64,000 nucleotides of DNA, from positions 105,586,001 through 105,650,000 of the forward strand of contig OX597819.1 in assembly GCA_951406725.2 (NCBI GenBank), given 5' to 3'. Under the pieces are notes generated by a model that was given only the letters and a program-made list of their open reading frames with translations, made no database searches and was not told where the DNA came from. This document shows positions 50,586 through 64,000 of this stretch, in pieces; the first letter of the stretch is position 1, and each line of letters begins with the position of its first letter. The DNA is from Octopus vulgaris (lineage: Eukaryota). The position numbers and the translations under genes were made by a program.

Positions 50586-53159
50586 GTTAGCAACCCCAAA
50601 CGAAAGACAGTTCATCACAAGTTTTAGTTCGATTTGAACCCATATTACAAGAAATATGTCCAAAGTATCGCAATATGAGATCTTATACAATACAACATGA
50701 TTAAGGACTGAATTTCTTATGTTCACATGGAAGATTTTAAAAATAGTCTTGCTATTGTTTTGAATATATCTTGTTAGACTCTTTTTCAGAAGCTGAAATG
50801 AACCGAAAACTGATTAAATAAGGAAACGATAATTTAAGTATCAACAGACATTTCAAATCAATACCATACCAGACGATTTTAAATCAATAATTTACTAAAC
50901 TACTTCCACAAAGTGGTTCAACTTGCTAGAAACAGAATGCTAAATCTACGTCAACCGTATCTTAGCGTCCCAATAAAGGAAAATCGCATTGCATAATATT
51001 TACGACTGTGACGCTTTAGATCTGAAATTTACTTGATTGCTACTGAACTAAGGCTAAACAACAATATCCTCAAGCAGGGACATTAAATAATCTAATGCTA
51101 GGTACACTACGCGGAAATAGAAAATAAAAACGTGAGATAGGGTCTCCAAGGGTAAATTATAAGTCCAGAAGGTCAGTCCTGACAGAATATTTATTTGACC
51201 AAAGGTATTCCAACCACATCTATATCATCTCATATTTCAAATAAAGATGTAATGGCTATCACTGAAAATCATGTGATCATTGGTCTACCGGATTGGAGCT
51301 GACCATTCTAGCATTAACTGTGACGGTGTATCTTGGAATATAGTATCTAATGTGGCTATTTATGTAGTTGTTAACCCGAGGTCGGACATGATTCACTTGA
51401 TATCTTTTCCTCAGTCTCTGGGAAAATCATTTTAAATAAAGCAGGTAATACCGCTTTTTTTATTTTTTCTCATTCCAGTTTAGAATGCTTAAATAGACTT
51501 TACCTATTTCTTTACTGCATTATCAATTTCTATTTAATATTTATAGCCGTAAACTGCATTAATTATTCAACTAAAATTCTGTTTTGTTCCTAGATTTCAC
51601 AAAGTATATTTAGAGTGATATTTCTACTAGTCATGGACGACCTTTTGTACCTGCTAAACATAGACTCTCAGTTTTTTCCGCTCTTCGCAATTTATCTCAC
51701 AGATAAATTTGGATAGAGTTAAAGTAAAAAAATGCTCAGATTGATACAAGCACATCTTCATACGCAACCAAAATTACATGCACACACGCACAGACACTTT
51801 CAGCATACAAACCTATTGTTCCTAAATGTACATCACCCCAAAAATTGAGAAGAAAGTGAATTGGTCTGCCAAGTGTGAAGACAGATATCATGTATAATAC
51901 CATATTTTTGAGTTATAATAATTTAAACATGTATTGGACTATTTTGAACTATACATTCATTGTTTTTGGTTTATACAACGTTATGTAATGTATTTGCTTT
52001 TGTTGTTCTAGCTATTAATCATTTTACTACATGTAAACATATTTTCCGTCCGTTTGTGTCATAACAAGCTCACTCCAAAGTAGCTCTTGTAGTGAGGTTC
52101 CTGCAGAGCTTTGCCTCAGCGCGCTCAGATCCCCCTGTTGAGGATCACGACCTACTACACTGTGATAAAAGACAAGGCCAGTTATGTGATAATTAATGGC
52201 GTCATCTTAAGAGGTACTAACATCTACGCTTACGTGGCTCAGCTAATCAGATCTGCTGAAGTGCAACTATGTGAACTGGAATCATAGTCTGGCCGAACAT
52301 GCTAGAAAAACTTCGATGGGGTTATAAAATGCAGAGGAATTGAATTTCTAGCAGTCATCCAGGAGTCCAGACGAAGCCTTGTCGCTTTGAATCGCTTTGA
52401 ACCTTGAGATGGTCACTCATCTACGTTTCCCTATAGAAGATTTGTGCTACTCCATGGAACTATATCACTCAATGCAGTGATAGATATTCTCACTTATATC
52501 ACTTGTTCTGCCTTGAACGACCTCGATGCTACTGAAAGTAATGTCACTTTTATCTTTTAAGGTGTTTACATTCTTTCTACTTAAGTAGTTCTCAATAATT
52601 ATGAACTGTCTTTGTATTACGATTTAACATGTTATGTAGTCAACGCTTGTACTAATTCCATTCGATATCTCTTGAATGTTGTTCTGTTTATTCAAGTGCA
52701 GTAAATGAAAATATTTCGGCTTAATAAATAATATTAGTGCGGTCATTACGAACGTAATACACACCTTAGTAACTATTAATGTCCATGAATTACTATTTAA
52801 CGACTTAACAACTGTAAAACTACACTACAAGTCAATATTCCAAGTTACAAATTTCACAGAAACATGAAATTCAAAGTAGTAACGGTGGGAAGCCTCATCT
52901 TCGAATGAATGAACAAACTGTATGATATATATTGAGTGCTACTTGTCTGTCTTCGTTTGTAATCTGAAACGTATATACACATGCTCGCAGACACGAGCAC
53001 ATACATTCTCATAAGAAAGTACGTCTTATGGAATGGAAATGAATGGAAAGAAGACAAAATTAATGGAAATAGGCTAGTAAGCAGTAACCAAAATAAATAT
53101 TACAATTGAAAGGAAGCCATTTGAATAGAAATCAATGATAATATAACTGGCATATATGT

Positions 53160-53650
53160 AATCAGAAAGCAGGAAACGTGGAACAGAAATCAAAAGGATT
53201 GAGTTAGCTAGAAAGTATTTGAGAAAATGTCAAACATGTTAATATTAAGAAGCATTAATATAAAAATAAGAAATGTTATGCATTGCCTATTCTACTACAT
53301 AGAGCTAAGACATGGATATTAACAAAAGTACTATCCAATAGATTACAAGTTTTTGAAATGTTGACATATAGAAGACTTTTGAGAATATTATGGACAAAGC
53401 AAAAAACCGAGGATGAAAAACTAAAACTGGGGAAAATAACTAAATTTTGGAAGACCCTATAAAACAGAGAAAATTTAAATATTTTGCTATTTAATTAAAA
53501 AAAAAAAACACTTACGGACATTGTTAATAGAAGGTAAATGAATGTGGAAGATCAAAGACGAAAAGAGAACATGTTTTACGTGTATAGAGAAAATGAAAAT
53601 TGGACAGATTTAAAATATAGGGAATGGGGATCTGTGGTATTTAACCTGTT
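53160..53650 (+). pseudogene. RTE-clade LINE 3' relic
   Basis: EIKRIELARK...CYALPILLHRAKTW...FEMLTYRRLLRILWT. Confidence 0.6.
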
Positions 53651-55442
53651 GAGGGTAGATGATACCCGACGATGAAGTTGTTTCGCTTTGACAATCCATG
53701 ATTTTGGGTTTCAGCCAACTTCGAAAACTTTTCGATATGTGTTTAATACTCTAGTGTAATCGTGGGTTGGAATTTGTTGTTGTTTCTGTTGCTGTTGTGT
53801 AACTCCTGATCAATTCTAACCGAGCAGGCTTTCATGAAGAAGTGGTAATGTTTCTTGAAAGCAAAATTGTGTTTGTTTTACACTGAGTGCAAAACTGTGT
53901 TTGCTTCACCTAATTTGTTTTTGAAATTGCCTTCAGTTTTTGATAAACATTACTACATCTCATTTAGGTAACTTGTATTTGCAACATAAAGGTAAGGGAA
54001 AAAATCAGCTTATTAGTAATGTATTGTAACATCGTGAAAGTTAAAGGAAAGTTGCAATCATAGGAGTATCACCTTTATAAATTGCGCCAGAAATTGCCTG
54101 GATTTTCGCTACGTTTTAAAAGTCAGGAGCTAGGCATTTTTGTGAAAGTGGTTTAAGAATTGAAATCGTTTTTATTTTATTTCGCGTATTTTTTGCTTGA
54201 ATGCAAATGAGTTCAAACTGTTTGTTACTTGACTTGGTGTCAGAAATTGACACTGCATGACAAAAGTATTAAATAGAATTGATTGAGATGCTCTATAATG
54301 ACATACAGAAATCGAAATTTCATTCCGAATCTGTGTGATTGATGTTTTTATAAACATATTCATCCTATACGAAAGTAACTTATTTATTCATGCAAAAAAG
54401 AAAATAAATAAAATATGGTATCATTTTTTGGTAACACTTATCTGTATGAAGAATTATTTTAAACAAAAATGAATCATTTGAGAGCAAAATTGACTGATAG
54501 CCATATGAATACTATCCTGCTATTTCATCAACGATTTCGATACTCAATCTTGAGAAGCTTTCAAGCAACATACAGCATCAAATTTCAGATTGATCCATCG
54601 GCAATTTGCATTAAGATTAAATAATTTTGTATTATCGCCGTTCAATGCATAATGTTTATACTTTTTATATTTTAAAGGTTCTCTGTTTTCTTTTGATAGA
54701 TTAAGAAATTGCTCTGGGTGAAATATCCTGCGATTGAATTGAGTTCTTTGATTACATATTAGTATCTTTCGATAAACAAAAATGAATCTCTTACACATGC
54801 CATTCATTGATTTGATGAAAAATATAATTAGTTGTATTTAAATGGCTAATTCTCCTGTTTCATTTTCTTTATGGCATTTACCTGACTGTTCATTTATACA
54901 CTACCTGGCTCACTGATACAAAAGATTGCATATATCTGCTCTGCAAGGACTGTCGAGCTGCTCAAAAAAAAGAAAAAAAGGTCCAAATCTTTTTCAAATT
55001 ACACCGTCGTCACCTAAAATGAAAGGGATTTACACAATATCTCTAGAAAGACAAGACGTTCACGGCTTGAATACCTTAGATTATACGATTTATGCAAACG
55101 TCATAGAGGATGTTTCGTGGCTTATGGTGTCTCTATTTTTAGACATGGTGGAGTCTGTTCCTCTCCAAATCCCAGCCGATATTTTCTAGAATGAAAGAAA
55201 GAAACAAACAAAAAGATAGATCGATAGTTAGAGAGAGAGAGAAAGAGAGAAAGAGAGAAAGAGAGAGAGAGAGAGATAGAGAGAGAGAGAGGGAAAAGAG
55301 ATATGACTTGATCCCAGTGCAAAAATGTCACCGGCTTCGAAAGTTTGAATGGTAAAGTTGACATCGAGGATATTTGAACATAGAGCATGGGCAGCCGGAA
55401 CTAATTTTACCCAATGGGTCAAGGACTTCCCCAGTTCGTCAA

Positions 55443-55523
<81 letters not shown>

Positions 55524-58038
55524 GTCTGTCTGTCTATCTATCTATCTGTCTATCTATCTATCTGTCTGTCTGTCTGTCCATCAGCCTGCCTGTATGTCTA
55601 TCTGTCTGTGTGACTGTTTATATATACGTTTGCTTGTGTGTTTGTGTATGTGCTAGTGAAAACAGAGAGAGAGAGAGAGAAAGAAAGAGAGAGAGAACGA
55701 GGAGAATTTCGAGAGATGTTACAAGAAATTCGTTGAGAAATAGTTACTTTTATTTTATAGTCATGTAGATTAATGTCTAAGTAGAAAGTACATTTCCTGG
55801 AGGCTATTTACTGGTATATTAAGAAGAAACTGATTTAAAAAGTGACAAAAGAAAATATATCAAATGAGGAAGAAGTGATGCTAAGAATTAGATTCCTCCC
55901 GAAAAGTTTTCTAAAGGCAATTTTGTTTTCATTAGATTTTCTTTGAGTTTTCTTTAATTTAACTTTGTTTCTTTTCATTTGTTTGTATTTGTTATGTACC
56001 CCCAGGTTGTGTAGCCATTATTCAAAATGACTTTTGACCACAGATAAAATCGTGCAACAAAATTCAACTTTTACGTCGTGTTAGCGAAGATACCAGTCAA
56101 TATTTACTCATTTTGGTTCACTGATTACAAAAATCATTCTAAATTATTTTTTCGACTTAAATTTTTTCATAACAACGTATCGATTCATTCTCAAATTGAG
56201 AATGAATATTTGATTACTGTTGTTTTTAGTCATCGGAGAACATCTCCATTTGCAAAATTTGTGTTCATAACACATGATTTATCGGTGTAAAAGGGACTTT
56301 GAGATACTACAGTGTTTCGACCTTATTGTCTGTCGCCTCGACCAAAACTACCTCGGACCGATAATTCTATCAACAGTACATGTTCGTCCTTATGGAAATC
56401 AGCATACAAATTATTTGCTGATGCATGCTAATGTCTACTAAACAGATAATAATTCATGAGGTGCACGCAGAAGAATGAGAATACTGACAATAACGTATCT
56501 ATTCATTCATAATAGTTTCTTGCTGGTTCGATCATTATTACATAATGAATGTTGGTTTTCGTTATGAGAAACCATCTCCTCCCTTTAGACTACGTGTGCT
56601 CATAACATACGCCATTTATTTGTGTAAAAGTACGTAGAGACTGCGCGTGTTTCATTGTCTCTAAAATCAAAGCTACACTGGACTGATGAATCTAACAAGG
56701 TGATGCTGATAGATCATTTTGTACAACATCTTGGACTCCTCTTCTTGTTGGATCTACTTTAGTATCAAGTCCTTCCCGTTCGCCATTCTTCGATACATTG
56801 CTGCTCTTTTCCAGAATTTCTTCAGAACTCCGTTTGTCAGGTGTTTTATATATTTTTTTAATGCTGTTTTACAGGTAGTCCGGTAGTGCCTATTCACTCA
56901 ACTTTGGGAAAAGCTACCCTTGGAATATTGAAGAAAATTGTTGACGCATCTAATTTTCTTCTTGACTGTTCCTTCTATGTAGGTTCAAGAATCCTAGCAA
57001 GATCCTTCTCTGCTTTACTCTATAGTGTGTCGTTAAATGCTGGGAACTGTTTCATATACGCACTCTTACACTTACTCTCATAGGCTGGGCTCTTGGTGTA
57101 GCATTAAAATATTCTCTCCTATGATTTTGGTTTTGAACAGCTGCTGAGAGGTATCCTGTGCTGTGGAGTGATGTCTGATTAGATTCTTCCTGCGTCTTAC
57201 CTGGTAACAACTTCCAACGCTTCCTCTATGAGTGTAATTTGTACGAAACCTCTCGTTACTCGCGTATTTTGCATAGTTGCTACCATTGTGCCTGTAATAT
57301 CTTTATTACTCTGGAGACTGTAGATTCGACATGGGTCAAGCAATCTGACCCTGAGGGCTACTTTCATGTGGCTATGGGAGTTTTCTCCAAATGTGTCCGC
57401 TTCAAACGTTCCCTACTGGAAAATTGGATCTTCCCGTTTGCTGGTTAGGCTTTTTTGGGGTCTGTAAGGGGTGTTTTATCCCCCAGTCCAGGGGTGACAA
57501 CTCGTCCTCATTACGTTAGTCCTTAAATCTCGATATCTAAGCGTTTCCTCACGTCCGCATGGTAGAAATCTTAATTTTTAGCCTTTGTATAGAGTCTGGC
57601 GAGCTGTCCACAAGACTTTGGCTTTCGTGGATACGAAACCTTTGGTTACTCTATGACCAGAATTTAAACGCTGGATCATGCGCGGGGACATAGAAATAAT
57701 CGGACTGAATACCCGATCGCGCGGTTAAACCATTGGGAGTGAAGGACTCCTAGCCTTTGTTAGGGCATCCTTCTAGGAGAAGGTAACACACACAGGTAAC
57801 TGGGATAACTCTGACATAAAACCTGCGGCTCAGTGGTTACCGATGATGTTGACTTGTTCTTCTTTTCAGATTATGGCTGCTGTTGCTTAGTGAGTGGGAT
57901 TGACTCAGTGCACAGCCTTTCCCCACTTAAAAAAAATCTTCTTGCACAGGCAATGCACGATAACAACATTGATTAAGCTTCATGCAATGGCCATACTCGA
58001 TAACGAAGGGGCAGCCACTATGTATGTATGTATGTATG

Positions 58039-58069
<31 letters not shown>

Positions 58070-58110
58070 GTATGTATGTATGTATGTATGTATGTATGTA
58101 TGTATGAATG

Positions 58111-58177
<67 letters not shown>

Positions 58178-58949
58178 TTGTGCACACACACATAAGCAGA
58201 ATATATATGAATATTTAAATATATATATGTTTATGTATACACATGCGTATAAAAATACATATGCATATATACATGCATCCATATACACATACGTACATAA
58301 ATACACATAAAAACACATGCAATGAAATATAAATATAAAGTTATAGAGGGCCACATATCTCGTAAACAATGTTTCTTAATAAGCAATTATTCAATTTATT
58401 CCAATTTAATGATATAAATTGTGACATGCATTTCATGTGAATACAGCTATTGACAACTACGACTTACCTCCCGCTAATTCTAGTTCATAAATTCGATGCA
58501 GCTATCAATGTAACAGCTGTCATATTTCCGAATCCCTTTTTATATATCATGTCTTCTATTCTTTCCTATTATTGATTCATGAATGCATTTCATGAGAAAT
58601 TAAATTGCATGCTTATATTACAAACAATTCAATATCGCAGTGAAAGACTCGACTGCGTTATAAAAACAGCGTATAGATATTTTTGTGCGGAGGGCGAACC
58701 AACTCGTGATTATATTTTAATATGTTCATTAATGTTTATTTTTTAAACACTTGATCAATACAATGATATTGAATACTACGTGGAAGAAAATACTAATGAT
58801 TATTACGGCTCGTATAATAAATATTGTGAAATACAATAAAATATGTGAATATAAAAAAGGAAAACAACAAATGGAAACCTTATTCAAATTTCTTAGTAAT
58901 TCAACACATTATGAATACTGCTACAAAAACAGTATAGATGCTGCTGCTG

Positions 58950-59007
<58 letters not shown>

Positions 59008-59008
59008 G

Positions 59009-59039
<31 letters not shown>

Positions 59040-59040
59040 T

Positions 59041-59114
<74 letters not shown>

Positions 59115-59197
59115 AATGTAACAAATTTCAATTAAAACTGCATATATGTGTGTTTACGTATGTCTCTCTTTATATATATATATATATATGTATATAT

Positions 59198-59337
59198 ATA
59201 GGGAGAGTTTACGAAAAAACAAAAGACGAAGACAGGTGGTGTACAAAACAAACAGATGTATTAGTATAACGCTCAGGAAGGGACACAGAAAAAACAAAGA
59301 GAGAAACAAGGAGAGAAAAAATGTGTGTAGTGGCTAA
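59198..59337 (-). mobile_element. copy of the 26625-26800 repeat lacking the hairpin core
   Basis: cgctcaggaa joined directly to gggacacagaaa. Confidence 0.6.
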
Positions 59338-62046
59338 CTATCTATCATATATATATATATGAGTATTATATTTCTAGATATCTCAGTAGTGGTACGACAG
59401 AGTAGTTGTATACTGTCATCTTAATGTGACAGTCCCATGAAGGGAATCACATTACTGCTATTTAGCCATAGGAAGCAGCAACGCTTCCTGTCGACCTTGA
59501 CACATTTCCTGTGTTCTTATGTTTACAAGGGGGAGATAAGCACCTCCACCCAGTGAAGCCTGCATCTAGAGACTAGTTTCTGAGTCTTTGATCGTCGACA
59601 GTCTGGAGTAGCATGGCCTGCTAGTTGGAGATACCTAGCTAGCTCTTGTAAACATATAAGAATTCTAGTGAAATAAATCCACTGATTACAAAAATAGAAA
59701 TATTACATTTCTAAATATACTCATGCACACACATATATGAGCCGGCGAAATTCCCATTCAGTTGTGGGATTTCATCAGCACTGTGTAATTTCTTTATCCG
59801 TCATGTTAAGACAATGCTGAAACGTGTATTCACAGTTCGGACGTAGCTCCCCAGAAAAATTGAAACAAACCAGGTATTCCTTAAGCACCATGTTACTTTA
59901 CATTAGTTCTGGCTTACTATAGATTACTTCTCTTTCTCATTCGCTGTTAGAAGCAATCAACGCTATGCATTTATTTATCTTCCCAGAAATAGAAAATAAT
60001 TTCAACGAGTTAAGAATTTGAATTGTTTGGTAATTAATGCAACCAGATTTTGTTTATCTTGCCTAAATTCCTCCTACATATTTCCCTTTGTTAACTTTCG
60101 CTTTAATTACTCTAACTATAGATATTTCACATTCTTTTCATAGTTGTCCAAGTGTTATCTCTGGCTGCAATCAAGGAGAGACAGTTTTGAGCTGATGAGG
60201 CCTATTGAGAATAAAAAATACATACGTGTAAACAACTTATTCATGCTTCCAAAGGAAGCGGACCATTTTTAAAATGGCATGTTAATTCATGAGAATAATT
60301 GATACATTAGTCCTATCAACATTTTTGGTTCCTTAAGATTATGAAGTGAATGAGTACAATCTTTGACTATCAAGAGGCCACTGCTTGTGAATTCACTATT
60401 ACAAAGAGCTGAAGTAAATTTGATAAAACGACTTGCTAATATAATTTGCTCTTGTCAGCTTGTTCGATAAAAAAGAAAGAAACAAACTAACTACTAATGT
60501 CTTAAGTTGTTTTGTTTCAATGCAATAGTTTACTAAAGAATATATCTCCAAGTAGAAAAAATGTTTACATTCGTTTATTGCATTACAGCGTAAGGTAAAA
60601 TATCTGACTATAAAGATTTAGTTTACATAGGATTCGTTACAGAAAGCCTGAAAGAGCAATCAAATAATCTAATCTCATGTAGGTTTGTCAAATTTCATAT
60701 TCAGAGTCATGAGCTTCTCCTACCGGCGCTAGTATTCCAATGTTTCCAGAGAAATAAGAAATTGATTTATTGAATAGTGTAAACTCTAGATTCCACTAAA
60801 TTCTAGTAGGAGTGACTGTGGCTCATGAGTGACTTATTAACATTCATCATTATCTTGGTATCATGCCCCTCAACAGTGATATTTTTTTTATTGAATTCAA
60901 AGGTTTTCAGAAGTATTCACACAAAGTACTGGATTTCCTATAGAAAGTGAACGAGAAAATTATACACGCACAAGAATTCCAACCACCTTCAGCCATAATT
61001 TGGAACCTTGCAGCTGTTTGAAGTAGGAGAGTCTTCGACCTATTCCCAGACAAAAGCATTTTCAATAAGGCCACTCTCTTTCACAGCGATGTGCTAGAAT
61101 GTAACAACTTAGCCTAGAAATTGCTATATGAAGAGCATATTCAGCATAGAAAGAAAATAATCTGCTTTAATCTACCTTGCAACATGAATATAAACTCTAT
61201 TATAACCTGCGACTTATCCCTTATATGACAGCAATTTCCGCCTATGCAAATATATAGCATATACTTCAACACTAATAACGTTAGGGAAGCCATTCTTGCG
61301 TAGATAATATTGTTTCCCGTATATTGTGCCACAACCTAAGATACATTTAAACAATTTCCACTACAGAAACATACAAATAATTACAAAAGCAACCTATCTT
61401 GCCCGTTTAAGGGATCGTGTCTCCCCAAAGCCATGGTATATACAACTATAGCCGTCCCCACTATGGTACTGATACATACATACATACATACATACATACA
61501 TACATACATACATACATACTTACAAACAAACAAACAAACAAACATACATACATACATACATGCATACATACATACATACATACATACATACATACAAACA
61601 TACATACATACATACATACATACATACATGCATATACATCTGTCTTTTGTTTTTCTGTAAATTTCAACTATATATATATAGAGAGATATATATAGAGAGA
61701 GAGAGAGAGATAAGAGAGAGAGAAAGAGAAAGAGAGAGAGAGAGATTTGCACACCCCACACGTACATATAAATATATATATATATGTGTGTTTGTGTATC
61801 ATTCATTGAATGATACAAAAGACGAATATCTATGTGATGACGACGACGACGACGATGATGATGATGATGATGACGATGATTAAGCAGCAGATGATACGCA
61901 ACCAATAATTAAGTATATCAATAAAAAAGATCCGTATCGTGACGTAATTCAGCATGAAGATTATTTAAGTTTATTCAGTGCTAAAAACGATGCTGTTTTC
62001 TGAGATCCTAATGAAATTTTGCGTTCGAATTCTTCAAAATGTAACT

Positions 62047-62212
62047 CTCTTTACTCTCTTTTACTTGTTTCAGTCATTTGACTGCAGCCATGCTGGAGCA
62101 CCGCCTTTAGTCGAGCAAATCGACCCCGGGACTTATTCTTTGTAAGCCCAGTACTTATTGGAACCATGTGGCTGGTTAGCAGGCTACTTACCACACAGCC
62201 ACTCCTGCGCCT
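62047..62212 (-). mobile_element. internally deleted SINE family A
   Basis: Tail matches 13707-13810; head matches 43593-43646. Confidence 0.65.
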
Positions 62213-62849
62213 ATAACTATATAATTATAATCCTGCGCTATAACTATATAATTATAATCTAAGTCTGTATTAAGTTTTTACTTCCGTTTCGGATGCTTAA
62301 ATAGACTTTACGTATTTCTTCACTGTATTGCCAATTTCTATTTAATATTTATAACCTTAAACTGGGTTAATTATTCAACTGGAGAAAAATACACAGCATA
62401 GATATGCTGTGACGAATGTAACTTAGACGAAGGTAGCTGATCGAATATGATGGATACAAGTAAAACCACAAGTGCAAATATTCATAAGAATTATAGGGCA
62501 AAATTTTATTCTTAGCTGTTTGTTCGTTTCGATGCGTACTCTAAATGATGATTGGTATTATTACTGTAATATAAGAGGTTGGTAAACTGGCAGAATCGTT
62601 AGGGACGATTAATTTCTGAATTCAGTTCAATCGAGGTAAACTTTGCATTGATCACCAATTTCGATAAAATAAAGTATCAATCAAGCACCAAAAAAAAAAA
62701 ACGTTTGCAAAGCAACTTTCTTAACTATACAGCTATGTCTCAAAAATATGCATACGTATTTAAAAAATTAAGTTCATAAGTTATCACACACACATATATA
62801 CGCACGCGTACACGGACGCACTTACGCGCGCGCGCGCACACACGCACAC

Positions 62850-62884
<35 letters not shown>

Positions 62885-63063
62885 TCGGAATTATAGTTGT
62901 CAAGCAAATGATTTGATTGGAAACCATTTGTTGAAACTAACACAATTATAACGAGGAAGACACTTTAGCCATTTGGAAATAATAATTTATTAAGTGAAAT
63001 TAGCAGATTTTGTTTGATCTTGAATCTTGTAAACGTGTCTCCACGCTGTAACTACTGTATCAC

Positions 63064-63159
<96 letters not shown>

Positions 63160-63803
63160 GTATGACTGTCTGTCCGTCCACCAATAATTTCCCCACTCTC
63201 ACTCTCTCGTTCTCACTTCCCCTCTATTTTCGTTCTGTGTGTATGAATGAATGAATGTTCATCTATACATATATATATATGTATAGATGAACACATATAT
63301 GTATATATAAATGTATGTATACATGTGTGTTTACACCTATCTACATATATCTCTCCCACTATCTGTCTATCTATACATACATACACACGCACACACACAC
63401 ACACACACATATATATACACATACATACATACATACATGTATGTGTGCATGTGCGTATGTATCTACACATAGATGCGCCTACATACAAGCATAGACACAC
63501 GCACATACTTAAATATATACATATACATATATGCAGTTATGTGTTTACGTACGTATGTGCCGAAATTAAGAACCGAGAAAAAAGTCCACAGCTTCCAATA
63601 AGCGAATAAGTGTGTCAGGGTAGATGTACGTGTACGCACCTGTGTATATTATGTGTATGTGTACATCTAATACGCCCGCACGTACACCTACACTCATATA
63701 TGAATACATACATGTGTGTGTATACATACACGCATATACATATATGTATATATATACAAACATATATATATATACATAGATACATAGATACATAGATACA
63801 TAG

Positions 63804-63858
<55 letters not shown>

Positions 63859-64000
63859 CATACATTTATATATATACATACACACGAATATATATAGTGT
63901 ATATGTATATGTGTTCTCACTTATATATGTCGCCTGTGTGTTTGTTTTGTATAATTTCTTGGTGTCAAATCGTGCACACACACACATGCGCGGAGACACA

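Noticed and set aside
56683-56760. CTGATGA followed by a stem (another CTGATGA at 60192)
   Set aside because: No GAAA-stem III-UH downstream
56330-57900. Possible degenerate LINE 5' region and RTE-like 5' UTR (HDV-like ribozyme)
   Set aside because: Could not reconstruct protein motifs or a nested pseudoknot by eye
59740-59785. Minus-strand CUGAUGA hairpin as hammerhead or SECIS
   Set aside because: Lacks GAAA after the stem and lacks the 3' GA of a SECIS quartet

Overview
AT-rich, microsatellite-dense eukaryotic intergenic or intronic DNA. The SINE families and repeat style suggest an octopus-like mollusc (inference). No host protein-coding exon could be supported, and almost all ORF-track entries are microsatellite artefacts. 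The main feature is a young Penelope-like element (PLE, ~20.46-25.54 kb, - strand). It has a coiled-coil ORF1 overlapping an RT + GIY-YIG ORF2 in the -1 frame across a U UUU UUA slippery heptamer. It is bracketed by two apparently identical ~750-bp inverted repeats, each carrying a duplicated E-box/CCAAT/E2F-like module and a minimal U3:A8 hammerhead-like motif. Several short elements unrelated in sequence (7.8-8.3, 20.1, 26.7, 32.8, 41.2-42.3, 42.4-43.4 kb) also carry type I hammerhead cores with short, mostly palindromic stem III. They sit in microsatellites, and three share the PLE's inverted-end architecture. Also present: a near-complete DD34D mariner, Tc1 and DD37D relics, a 5'-truncated CR1 LINE with uninterrupted RT, Tx1/RTE/RLE LINE fragments, non-autonomous Helitrons, MITEs and many tRNA-derived SINEs.
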